From: Candidatus Iainarchaeum sp.
Lineage (GTDB): Archaea > Iainarchaeota > Iainarchaeia > JAGGVJ01
Length of the DNA stretch: 18,019 nucleotides
Assembly (NCBI GenBank): GCA_021158055.1
Contig: JAGGVJ010000036.1
Coordinates: 1-18,019 of the forward strand
Direction of reading: 5' to 3'
Part shown: positions 1-8,911 of the stretch, piece after piece
Layout: every line of letters starts with the position of its first letter
How positions within the stretch are numbered: the first letter of the stretch is position 1
The notes under the pieces: model-generated
What the model was told of the DNA's origin: nothing
The model's input: the letters and a program-made list of their open reading frames with translations, nothing else
Database searches by the model: none
Program-made: the position numbers and the translations under genes

Positions 1-98
1 AATTCAATTATGTCTTGTAATCTTATTTTAAATACTTTTAATACATTCAGAATATATGCATAAAAACAGTATTTTTGCAAGTAAAAGAGGCCTTCTAA

Positions 99-2813
99 AT
101 GACAATCTCCAAAGAAAAACAACAAATAATCAAAACCTCAGGTAACGTCCTGATAACAGCCAACCCGGGAACCGGTAAAACGTACCTTTTAGCCGCCAAA
201 TACATCTCTTTAATAAAAAAAGATAATTTAAACCCGGAAGACATCTTGTGCCTGACTTTCACAATCAAGGCAAAGCAGGAGATGGAAGAGCGGATCATTG
301 CGTTTCTTGAGGAAGAGGGATTAAACATTAATATTTCAAAGATGAATATCCACACTTTCCATTCGTTTGCCTTGGATAATATTGAGGCAGAGGAAGTGTC
401 GTCAAGCAATTTGTTGCGGTACGTTGTTTTTGATTATATTCGCGAGCACGAGCTTTTGAATTACTCTGATGACTATTTGCTTGAGACCATTGTCCCGTCA
501 ATTGAAAACCACATCAGTTACCTGAAAAACTTCGGGATCCTCCCGCAGGATATTGAGAAGGGCAAGGTGGTGCCTTTCCTGAAGGAAATGAAGAGTTATT
601 CGGTTGACGACCTGATTTTGTTTCTTGACGCGTTCATCGCGATCTACAACCAGTACGAGTCTTCGAAAAAACAAGGGACTTGCGATTACGCGGACATGCT
701 CTTGCAGTTTTTGGACCAGAAAAACAATGAAAAAACAATTTCAAAAAACGAAAAACCCTCTAAACAATTCAAGTACGTGCTGATCGACGAGTTGCAGGAC
801 GTGAACAGGATTGAAGCGGAAATCGCGCTGAAAGTCGCCGAGAACTTCTTCGCGGTAGGGGACAAGAAGCAGGCTATTTTTGGGTTTCAAGGAGGGTCTA
901 TTAAGAACTTTGATCTGTTTTCAGACGCGACAAAGTTCGTGCTGTCCGAAAACAGGCGGTCTACCCAGAATATCCTTGATTTCGCAAAGACAGATTACAT
1001 TAACAGAACACAAGACGAAACGCAAAAACAAGACGTGAAAGAATTAAGGAATTCAGACAACACAAAAGGGGAGAAAGTCACAGTCATTGAGTCAGTGAAA
1101 AAAGAAGTCCCTCAATTGCTTGCAGAGTTATGCAGGGCACACATTGATGAAAGCAAAGAAAAAAGCAAAGAAGAAAACAAGACAAAAAATAAAAAAATTG
1201 CAGTCATCGCACGGACCAACACGCAAGTGGCAAGCTTTTCCAGGTATTTGTCAAGCCAGGGAATAGAGCATTCCTCGACTTCAGTGCAGAGCTCAAGGGA
1301 CGCGCGAAAACATCTGCTTGTGTACCTTAAAGGAATTTTAAGCAATGACATCGAGGACGTAAAAGCTTGCATGTTCACTCCTTTTTTCCCTTCAGGCATC
1401 CGGACGGCTTTTGAGCTGGCCAAAGAATATGAATTGTCGCTTGAAAAAGTGTTTGAGGTTTGCCCTGAGTTCAAAAAAACTCGGGAATCGATCAAGACAG
1501 TGAACGACATTGACCTGCTGTTCAAGAACACCTTGCTTCCGGTTGCGTCCACTTGCGGGAAAGGGTATTTTCTGGCCATTGTCCAGTTGCAGAACCTGCT
1601 TGTTGAAGCGATGGACGCGGTTGATTCAAAACAGCTGATGGATGTCTTTTCTTACATCAATTCAGCAGACCAGACATTGGACGAGACCGCGGTGGAAAAA
1701 GACATCGTGATTACAACCGTGCACAAGTCAAAGGGAAGGGAATACGACCACGCGATTTATGTCCCGAGCAAGACCAGGAATAAGCAGGATTTTGTGAAGG
1801 AAATAGTTCACGCTGTGCTGTGCTCAAAGGGAATCGACGCGTCAATCGAGCTTGAAGAAGAAACCCTGCGGATTGATTTTGTCGCGTATACGCGGGCGAG
1901 AAAAAAGCTTGTGATAATAGCTGAAAACGCACACGAATACCTCAATGATTTCAGCGAGGTGAAAACAGTTGAAGCAACTGAAGAATCAGCGCAGTCAACA
2001 GAAGAAAGGCTAAGACGCGCGTATTCTTTGTTCTTACAGGGAAACGCAACGGATGCAGGTAAATTGCTTCACGTTGAATCCGACTGGCTCAATCCGTTTG
2101 TTGAGGATTATTTCACCGCGTTAAAGCATGTCTCTTTCAGCGGTCTGCCAAAAGAGAACCATTCGTATGAGTACCTTAAAAATCAGGTTCTTCACATCAG
2201 GAGTTATTCAAAAGAAATGGATTTTGGGAACAAGGTCCACAAATGGGCGGAAGACATACTTGACGGCAAGGAAGTGACTGACCAGCACCCGACGGTTGAG
2301 AACATCAAAAAAATTCACAGCAGTATTTTAAGCAGCGGGTTTAAGGTTGAAAGCGTGGAGGATTCGTTCAGGGTAAGACTTTCAGATTTAACCGGTGAAA
2401 AAACAAGTTTGCTGTTCAAGGGAAAAATAGATGCAGTATACAAGAAAGAAGACAAATACTTGATCGTTGACTGGAAGTCAAGCAAAAAAGCAGATAGTGC
2501 GAGTGAATACAGACAGCAGCTTGAAATCTACAAAAGGATGTTTGCGCTGAAAAACAATGTCCCGCTTGAGAATATCAGCGTGGCGATCGGGTTTGTGGCG
2601 CTTCGAAACACAATCAACGACGGCGAAATAAATGGCTTTTTTGACGACAAGCAGCCGGCAAAATCTTCATTTAATACAGTGAAAAAAAGAATCGACAGGT
2701 TTTTGGAATGGCAGCAGGAACCAGGGGTTTTCCTTGAAGAATTGTTCAGCAAGCCGCAGGAAGAGCATTTGTGGCAAGCGTTAAAGGAAGAGTTTGAGCT
2801 TGGTTCTGAATGA
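99..2813 (+). CDS. UvrD/Rep (SF1A) ATP-dependent DNA helicase fused to a C-terminal PD-(D/E)XK nuclease (AddA/AdnA-like architecture)
   Basis: Walker A ANPGTGKT, motif Ia LTFTIKA, TFHSF, Walker B LIDELQD, VGDKKQAIFGFQG, ENRRS, TVHKSKGREY and VAYTRARK. C-terminal nuclease motif GKIDAVY..IVDWKS..QLEIY. AGAGG lies upstream of the ATG. Confidence 0.93.
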   Translation: MTISKEKQQIIKTSGNVLITANPGTGKTYLLAAKYISLIKKDNLNPEDILCLTFTIKAKQEMEERIIAFLEEEGLNINISKMNIHTFHSFALDNIEAEEVSSSNLLRYVVFDYIREHELLNYSDDYLLETIVPSIENHISYLKNFGILPQDIEKGKVVPFLKEMKSYSVDDLILFLDAFIAIYNQYESSKKQGTCDYADMLLQFLDQKNNEKTISKNEKPSKQFKYVLIDELQDVNRIEAEIALKVAENFFAVGDKKQAIFGFQGGSIKNFDLFSDATKFVLSENRRSTQNILDFAKTDYINRTQDETQKQDVKELRNSDNTKGEKVTVIESVKKEVPQLLAELCRAHIDESKEKSKEENKTKNKKIAVIARTNTQVASFSRYLSSQGIEHSSTSVQSSRDARKHLLVYLKGILSNDIEDVKACMFTPFFPSGIRTAFELAKEYELSLEKVFEVCPEFKKTRESIKTVNDIDLLFKNTLLPVASTCGKGYFLAIVQLQNLLVEAMDAVDSKQLMDVFSYINSADQTLDETAVEKDIVITTVHKSKGREYDHAIYVPSKTRNKQDFVKEIVHAVLCSKGIDASIELEEETLRIDFVAYTRARKKLVIIAENAHEYLNDFSEVKTVEATEESAQSTEERLRRAYSLFLQGNATDAGKLLHVESDWLNPFVEDYFTALKHVSFSGLPKENHSYEYLKNQVLHIRSYSKEMDFGNKVHKWAEDILDGKEVTDQHPTVENIKKIHSSILSSGFKVESVEDSFRVRLSDLTGEKTSLLFKGKIDAVYKKEDKYLIVDWKSSKKADSASEYRQQLEIYKRMFALKNNVPLENISVAIGFVALRNTINDGEINGFFDDKQPAKSSFNTVKKRIDRFLEWQQEPGVFLEELFSKPQEEHLWQALKEEFELGSE

Positions 2814-2825
2814 TGTTTTTTTGTT

Positions 2826-2852
2826 TTAGTGTTAGTGTTATTATTATTATTA
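2826..2852 (-). repeat. (TAA)5-CAC-TAA-CAC-TAA microsatellite beginning at the stop codon of the HD gene
   Basis: The plus strand reads ttagtgttagtgttattattattatta, which gives seven in-frame TAA codons on the minus strand between convergent genes. Confidence 0.8.
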
Positions 2853-3413
2853 TTTAAAGACTTCTTTCACTAAAGCATCAAATATCCTATAGAGTCTTGT
2901 GCCTGATAATTTATTGGTCATTTCGTCTCTTATTGAAGTGTAATACCATTCAATCTCGTCTTTTGGTGCATTGAATTCACTCCATACGTCAGTGCCGTTG
3001 ATCAGGTCTTCTTTAATTGATGAAAGGTTGGCGTGTTTATCAGCTAAAAATATTAAAAGTTGTTCTTCAGTGCCGTTTTTTATGTTTTGAATGGAGTGGG
3101 TTTTTCGTTGTTTCCAGGAAGCTTTTTGTTCTGCATCACTTGCATCGGGTGTGTTTCCGGGTTCAGTGCAAAAACGCACTAACTCTAAAACATCGGGTCC
3201 AAAATCATTCAACAGGTCTGTTTCTGAATAAGCGGTGTCTTCAAGCGTGTCGTGAAGTATGCCTGCGACAATTACTGTTTCATTTTTTGTTTCATACATT
3301 AAGTATTTTGCAACATCCAGGATGTGCACAAAATAAGGGCAATCGGTTATTTTTCTGGCCTGGCCTTTATGTGCTTCATACGCAGTTGACAGTGCTTTTT
3401 CAATTATGTCCAT
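2850..3413 (-). CDS. Stand-alone RelA/SpoT-type HD hydrolase (small alarmone hydrolase / Mesh1-like)
   Basis: AHKGQARK..PYFVH, AGILHDTLEDT and LADKHANL match the (p)ppGpp hydrolase HD motifs. 187 aa with no synthetase domain. Confidence 0.88.
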   Translation of the reverse strand: MDIIEKALSTAYEAHKGQARKITDCPYFVHILDVAKYLMYETKNETVIVAGILHDTLEDTAYSETDLLNDFGPDVLELVRFCTEPGNTPDASDAEQKASWKQRKTHSIQNIKNGTEEQLLIFLADKHANLSSIKEDLINGTDVWSEFNAPKDEIEWYYTSIRDEMTNKLSGTRLYRIFDALVKEVFK

Positions 3414-3418
3414 ATTGC

Positions 3419-3541
3419 TTATTTGTGTTTTAAAATTAATAAATCTGCCCTATTTTTTGATAAGGAATCGAGATCATGCATTTTACGGGATTTAAGTTCT
3501 TGAAGCAGGTCTTTGCTGACTTGAATTGATGTTGCATTCAT
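3419..3541 (-). CDS. 40-aa ORF, antitoxin/ribbon-helix-helix-like N-terminus, possibly a truncated remnant
   Basis: Hand translation: MNATSIQVSKDLLQELKSRKMHDLDSLSKNRADLLILKHK*. The TSIQVSKDLLQELK strand-helix pattern resembles small archaeal antitoxins. It is below the ORF-track size cutoff. Confidence 0.45.
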   Translation of the reverse strand: MNATSIQVSKDLLQELKSRKMHDLDSLSKNRADLLILKHK

Positions 3542-3580
3542 GGCAAGTATGTAAGTTTTTATCGTGCGTAAATATTTCAG

Positions 3581-4207
3581 TTACATAAAATAAACTGTTT
3601 TTGATATTAATTTCCCTTCCAGCAGATTATTTTTTACTTCGTATTTGCGCCCGAATTTTTCAAGCTCTGTCAAGTCAAAGTTTACGGGTATTCTTAAGAT
3701 GACTTTTGAAAAATGCTTAAATGCAAGTTTCAGTATGTCTTGTCCGTTTGGCGAAAAATTTTCAAGCTTGAAACTTTGAAGAGCAGCGTAGTCCGGACCG
3801 CCCCAAGGCGGGTCTAAAAATATGGCTTCTGCAGATATTTTTGGCGCTTCTTTAAAAAAATCCCCGTGAATGAATTCAATTTTGTCCTGTACCTGATATA
3901 TTTCGGAATTGTTTTTCGCCATTTTCAGCCGGTTTTCATCAATTTCAATCAGATAAACTTTTTTGCAATATCTGGCAAATGCAATTGAATTGCCCCCAAC
4001 ACAGCCAAAAGCGTCAACAATCGTATCGCAGTTAATTAATTTTGCCTGTTTTAAAGCCACTTTTTCAGGGGTAACGGAAAATAACGCGGTTTTATCAATT
4101 TGGATTCCCTTGTCAAACTTTGAAAAATAAAGATATCGTTTATCTCAGTATCTCTGCAATTCTTTGCCGTATGGGCATTTATTTTTATCAGCGTTAGAAT
4201 TTGCCAT
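3581..4207 (-). CDS. Trimethylguanosine synthase (TGS1)-like RNA cap guanine-N2 methyltransferase, interrupted by an in-frame TGA at 4145-4147 (pseudogene or recoded)
   Basis: The frame of ORF 3581..4060 extends to an ATG at 4207: MANSNADKNKCPYGKELQRY*DKRYLYFSKFDKGIQIDKTALFSVTPEKVA. TGS1 motifs present: RY..FS.FD.GI..D, FSVTPEK.A, VDAFGCVGGN, GDF and FLDPPWGGPDY. Confidence 0.9.
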
Positions 4208-4298
4208 TTAATTTTCTTGTTTATTTTTGTATTGAATTTTGACTTGAAAAACTTTTTTGTGCCTGATAAAATTGCGCTCATTTTAACCTGTCCATCTT

Positions 4299-4889
4299 TC
4301 AATCTTTGATGGTTTCTTTTTTTCTCGACTCAAGTTCCTCGCGTGCCATCTTTTTAGCGGTTTTTGAATAAAAATAATCCGCGTGTTCAATTTTTGAGTT
4401 CAACTGGCCATAACGGGCTTCAGGCGAAATATTGCTTCTGGTCACGTCTGCTTTAAAACCGACACTGGAAAAGCACCATAATTTATCGGCATCCCGGACC
4501 AGGCCATCTTCTTTTGAAATGAACCCTTTCCTGGTGTCATGTTCTGAAATTATTTCCAGGATATCCCTGACTGAATCAATGGGGTAATGCACTTTATTCA
4601 GGATCTCTCCCGCAAGTTTTACGCCTTTTTCCTGGTGCTCGTATCTCACAGCCAGTATTTCTTCAGCTGTTGCGCCTTTTTTAAAGATGATAAATCTTTT
4701 TTCACGGGGCATCTGGCTCCAGCCGACATCATGCAGGATTATTGCTGGTATGATGATATTTTCATTTCCCTTTTCCACTTTCATTAATTTTTTTACGTAG
4801 CTGAGCAGAATTTCAATGTGCCCTTTATCATTGCGCTTATTCTGGTAGGGTAAAGCGAGATCAAAAATTTTTTCAAATATTTCTTTCAT
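4299..4889 (-). CDS. HD-domain metal-dependent phosphohydrolase
   Basis: H..(PAIIL)HD(VGW)..H..EHD..DADKL pattern of the HD superfamily. Confidence 0.85.
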   Translation of the reverse strand: MKEIFEKIFDLALPYQNKRNDKGHIEILLSYVKKLMKVEKGNENIIIPAIILHDVGWSQMPREKRFIIFKKGATAEEILAVRYEHQEKGVKLAGEILNKVHYPIDSVRDILEIISEHDTRKGFISKEDGLVRDADKLWCFSSVGFKADVTRSNISPEARYGQLNSKIEHADYFYSKTAKKMAREELESRKKETIKD

Positions 4890-5031
4890 GCATCATCTAA
4901 AGAGTTTACAAATACTTAATGCATTAGTTTTTATTTCGTTTAATGGCGGAAATATGCACTGAAAGACATCAGTCATTGTCTAAGCAATAAACCCGGTTTT
5001 CGCAGGGTGTTCGCCCGGCCGTTTTACATTG

Positions 5032-5382
5032 TTACATCCTGCTATTTTCCCTGATGCTGTTGATGATCCCTGTGATATCCCCGCTTGCTTTCCAGAACGT
5101 TACGGAAACCTCATCAAAGGGGTTGGCGTGGATGTGAAATTTATGCGGGGGAATGTCAATTGATTCGCCTTCATTTAAAACGACTTCTTTGACTGCTTCA
5201 TTTTCTTCAAATAGTTTCATGACACATTTTCCCGTAAGTTGAAACAATGATTTGGGAACAGGCCGGTTGTGTTTTGATAATTCTTGTTTAGGATCCAGTT
5301 CCAATGTTCCGACACTTAACTTTTCATCAGAAAAAGCAATCATGATACTGCCTTGCGCTATATTGTATTTTTCGAATTCCAT
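5032..5382 (-). CDS. Cupin-domain protein
   Basis: LELDPKQELSKHNRP (motif 1) and LNEGESIDIPPHKFHIHAN (motif 2). The expected motif-1 Glu appears as Lys44. Confidence 0.8.
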   Translation of the reverse strand: MEFEKYNIAQGSIMIAFSDEKLSVGTLELDPKQELSKHNRPVPKSLFQLTGKCVMKLFEENEAVKEVVLNEGESIDIPPHKFHIHANPFDEVSVTFWKASGDITGIINSIRENSRM

Positions 5383-5531
5383 GATATCACTTGATATGAT
5401 TTGATGTGATTTGATTTAAATAGTTTTGTCAGACAGTTGGTGGGCGACCAACCAAATGCAGTTTCAAAGAAATCGCGGGGTTTGCGGATGGTACCAAAAT
5501 ATTTTTATAACAAGCGAATCAAACGATTATC

Positions 5532-5981
5532 ATGACTGAAAAAATCAAGGTTATCTGTGCTAATTTAATAGAAGATAACGGCAAAATACTTCTTGTAAGG
5601 GAAACAAAAGAAATAGCAAGAGACAAGTACAACTTTCCGGCCGGAAGGCTTGAGGGAAACGAAAGCATAGTTGAAGGGGCTGTCAGGGAAGCAAAAGAAG
5701 AAACAGGGCTGGACGTCAGACCCGTGCGAATCATCGGGATTTACCAGAAACCAGATTCAAAACAAGAAAATAATGTAACAATAATAGTCTTTAGATCAGA
5801 AATAGTGTCGGGAAAAATAACCGCGTCAGAAGAACACCCTGAAGTAAAGTTTTTTTCGCGCGATGAAATCAGCGGGTTAAACAAAAAAGGGTCGCTTAGA
5901 AGTTCGTATATAACCAAGGCAATGCAGGACTCTGACAACAAGCAGGCTGTCGACCTTTCTTTCCTAAAAATACTGGAGTGA
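5532..5981 (+). CDS. Nudix hydrolase
   Basis: Intact Nudix box GRLEGNESIVEGAVREAKEETGL. TTTTTATA box upstream at about 5502-5509. Confidence 0.92.
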   Translation: MTEKIKVICANLIEDNGKILLVRETKEIARDKYNFPAGRLEGNESIVEGAVREAKEETGLDVRPVRIIGIYQKPDSKQENNVTIIVFRSEIVSGKITASEEHPEVKFFSRDEISGLNKKGSLRSSYITKAMQDSDNKQAVDLSFLKILE

Positions 5982-6024
5982 AAATACCACTGCAAAGAGC
6001 CGTTTGCTGCAAAATTTTAGCATT

Positions 6025-6510
6025 TTATCTGTCTTCGATGAACTGCGCGATTTTTTCAGGCACAAGATGTTTCCACTCAATGTTTTCTTTGATGTTCTGC
6101 CTTATTTTTGTGGAGCTGATCCCGTCAAAGATTTCAATGTCCTGCACTTTGTATCCTTTTGACAAAAAAAGCGCCTTTACAAAAGCGTTTCCTGTGAAAA
6201 CCACCTCAAAGTCAGGGCATGCGCGCTCAATGCTTTCCATCCATTCGCCGTGGCTTTGGCAGTCTTTGATTGGGACAATAAAGTATCTGTTTCCGGGTAT
6301 TTTTGCATCTTCAAGCGCGGCTTCAATCATTTCAGTCCTTTGCTTTGCGCTGAAAGGGTTTTTGGAAGTGTTTTCATCCTGAGCGCTCCCGATTATAATA
6401 ACCAGTTTTTCACACGCTTCAAGGATCCTTTCAACTGCCTTCAGGTGGCCGTTGTGAAACGGCTGGAATCTTCCTATAAAAAGCCCTGTTTTTGGTTCTT
6501 CTTTTTCCAT
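6025..6510 (-). CDS. nadM: Nicotinamide-nucleotide adenylyltransferase (archaeal NadM/NMNAT)
   Basis: GRFQPFHNGH (HxGH), IGSAQ, NPFSAKQR and ISSTKIR. Start is ATG 6510 or GTG 6519. Confidence 0.92.
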   Translation of the reverse strand: MEKEEPKTGLFIGRFQPFHNGHLKAVERILEACEKLVIIIGSAQDENTSKNPFSAKQRTEMIEAALEDAKIPGNRYFIVPIKDCQSHGEWMESIERACPDFEVVFTGNAFVKALFLSKGYKVQDIEIFDGISSTKIRQNIKENIEWKHLVPEKIAQFIEDR

Positions 6511-6599
6511 CAAAGACACAAACCTGTTAGTTTCTTTTAATCTTTTTCTTTTGCAGCCTGCTCGATTTTGCCGTCTGTTTCACAGTCTTTTGCCACTTT

Positions 6600-7517
6600 T
6601 CATTTCAGGCATTCCAGCATGATTGCTTTTTGCATGTGGAGCCGGTTTTCTGCCTGGTCAAAAACAACGCTGTGCCTGCCGTCAATAATCTCGGCAGTCT
6701 GCTCAAAACCGCGCATTGCAGGAAGGCAGTTCATGAAGATGAAGTCCGGCTTTGCGCCCTTGACTATCTCGGAATTCACCTGGAACCCCAAAAACTTCTG
6801 CACACGCTTTTCCTTTTCGCTTTCCGGGATGTGATAGCTCATCCAGCTGTCGGCGTAAACAATGTCAGCGTCTTTGATTGCTTCTTTTGCGTCCTGGGTG
6901 ACTGTTATTTTTGCTTCTGAAACCTGTGCAATGGCATTTGCCTTGTCAACGATTTCCTGTTTCGGTGACAACTCGGACGGACAGCCCACAGAAACATCTA
7001 TTCCCATGTGAGCGCACCCGATGATCAGCGAGTGGGTCACGTTGTTGAACCCGTCTCCCAAAAAGCACAGCTTCAACTTGTCAAAGCGTCCTTTCTTTTC
7101 CTTGATTGTCAAAAGGTCAGACAGGATCTGCACGGGGTGAAAGTCGTTTGTCAGGCCGTTTATCACGGGAACCGACGCGTTTTGTGCCATTTCAACCAGG
7201 TCATTGTGTTCGAAAAGACGCGCCATGATTATGTCAACGTACCGCGAGCTCACTTTTGCGGTGTCTGCCACGGTTTCCTTGCTTTTGAAAGGGCTTGACT
7301 GGCTGTCTATCACAAGCGTGTTTCCGCCCATGGACTGCATTCCCACGTCAAAGGAAATTTTTGTCCGCAAAGACGGTTTTTCAAAAAGCATCATCAGTGT
7401 TTTTCCCGTCAACGCGCCCGAGTACACCTGCGGGTTTTTTTTGATGTCGCCTGCAAGCTCGACAAGATGCAGTATTTCTGTTTTGTCCAGATCAAACAAA
7501 GAGAGTATCGATTTCAT
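6600..7517 (-). CDS. argF: Ornithine carbamoyltransferase
   Basis: FEKPSLRT carbamoyl-phosphate loop, HPVQILSD, GDGFNNV, NCLPA and DQAENRLH. Co-oriented downstream of argG with a GGTGG SD. Confidence 0.93.
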   Translation of the reverse strand: MKSILSLFDLDKTEILHLVELAGDIKKNPQVYSGALTGKTLMMLFEKPSLRTKISFDVGMQSMGGNTLVIDSQSSPFKSKETVADTAKVSSRYVDIIMARLFEHNDLVEMAQNASVPVINGLTNDFHPVQILSDLLTIKEKKGRFDKLKLCFLGDGFNNVTHSLIIGCAHMGIDVSVGCPSELSPKQEIVDKANAIAQVSEAKITVTQDAKEAIKDADIVYADSWMSYHIPESEKEKRVQKFLGFQVNSEIVKGAKPDFIFMNCLPAMRGFEQTAEIIDGRHSVVFDQAENRLHMQKAIMLECLK

Positions 7518-7625
7518 TTCATGCCACCAACCAACTGTTTAAATAAAAGGTACTTGTTTGTAGTTAACAAAGTTTCCCTAATGTTTAGTTTTTGCCGATT
7601 ATTTATTTCTTTGCAATTCAAGTTT

Positions 7626-8843
7626 TCATTTCCTGAGTGTAAGGCGCAGTGCATTGAGTTTGATGAATCCTTTTGCATCTTTGGGGTCATAGTCGCCAAG
7701 ATCATCCATGCTTGCAAGGTCCCAGCTGTAAATATTGCTTTGGGATTCCCTGGCGGTCACGAACGCGTTTCCTTTGTAAAGGCTCATCGTCACTTTTCCG
7801 TCGACGTTTTCCTGGCTCTTGTTTACCGCAGCCATCAAAAAGTCCATTTCAGGGCTGAACCAAAACCCGTTGTAGATAAGTTCGGCGATTTTCGGCATGA
7901 GCATGTCTTTCAAGTGAGTCACTTCCCTGTCAAGCACGAGCCCTTCAAGGTCGCTGTGCGCTTTCCAGAGAATTGTTCCGGCAGGGGTCTCGTACACACC
8001 GCGCGATTTCATTCCCACGAAACGGTTTTCAACCAGGTCCATCCTTCCGATCCCGTTGGCTGAGCCAAGCTCGTTCAGATACTGGAAAAGCTCAAGACCG
8101 CCGGTTACGGTGTTTTCCAAGCCGCCGCCTTTGCTTAAGTCTGTGACTTTGACCGGAATCCCGCTTTTGAACTCGATCTCTATTTTTGTTTCAGTGTCAG
8201 GAGCGTTTTTCGGGGAAACAGTTTTTTTGAACATGCTTTCCTGCGCTTCAAACGCAGGGTCTTCAAGCTGCCCTGCCTCGTAGCTTATGTGCATTAAGTT
8301 GTCGTCCATGCTGTAAGGCTTTTCAAACGTTGATTCGATCGGGATTCCTTTTTCCTTTGCATAGTTTATGAGGTCGCTTCTTCCTTTGAACTTGTCAGTG
8401 AATTCGGAGTCTTTCCACGGGCTGATTATCTCAACTTCAGGCATCAGTTGCATGTAGACCATTTCAAACCTTACCTGGTCGTTTCCTTTTCCTGTCGCGC
8501 CGTGGGCGACGATGTTTGTCCCTTCAAGTTTTGCGATTTCAATCTGCTTTTTTGCAATCAGGGGTCTTGCAAAAGAAGTCCCGAGCAGGTATTTTCCTTC
8601 GTATACTGCGTTTGACTTTAACCCCTCGAAAATGTATTTTTCAACAAAATCTTTTTTCAGGTCCTCGACATAAACCTTGCATGCGCCGATTTCCAATGCC
8701 TTTGCCTTTGCTTTTTCAAAGTCGTCTTCCTGCCCGACATCGCCGATGAAGCAGATTACTTCGTATCCCTTGTCAATCAGCCATTTCAGAATCGCTGAAG
8801 TGTCAAGTCCTCCGCTGTAGGCCAGCACCACTTTTTCACCCAT
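7626..8843 (-). CDS. argG: Argininosuccinate synthase
   Basis: [24 protein letters not shown] and [25 protein letters not shown] at 8850-8856. Confidence 0.97.
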   Translation of the reverse strand: MGEKVVLAYSGGLDTSAILKWLIDKGYEVICFIGDVGQEDDFEKAKAKALEIGACKVYVEDLKKDFVEKYIFEGLKSNAVYEGKYLLGTSFARPLIAKKQIEIAKLEGTNIVAHGATGKGNDQVRFEMVYMQLMPEVEIISPWKDSEFTDKFKGRSDLINYAKEKGIPIESTFEKPYSMDDNLMHISYEAGQLEDPAFEAQESMFKKTVSPKNAPDTETKIEIEFKSGIPVKVTDLSKGGGLENTVTGGLELFQYLNELGSANGIGRMDLVENRFVGMKSRGVYETPAGTILWKAHSDLEGLVLDREVTHLKDMLMPKIAELIYNGFWFSPEMDFLMAAVNKSQENVDGKVTMSLYKGNAFVTARESQSNIYSWDLASMDDLGDYDPKDAKGFIKLNALRLTLRK

Positions 8844-8911
8844 TGATGTCCACCTCTTGTTTTTGTTTTAAGTTTTTAGTTTGATAGACACTTAATTGCC
8901 TGAAGAGTAGT

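Noticed and set aside
4051-4302. 83-aa ORF MKDGQVK...
   Set aside because: It overlaps the true TGS1 N-terminus in another frame and has no recognisable motifs.
5436-5452. Hairpin gttggt-gggcg-accaac between the cupin and Nudix genes
   Set aside because: A 6-bp stem is expected by chance, and there is no U-tract or second copy.
7514-7717. 67-aa ORF bridging argG and argF, and ORF 8876..9109
   Set aside because: These are alternative-frame or antisense overlaps of well-supported genes and promoter DNA, with no motifs.
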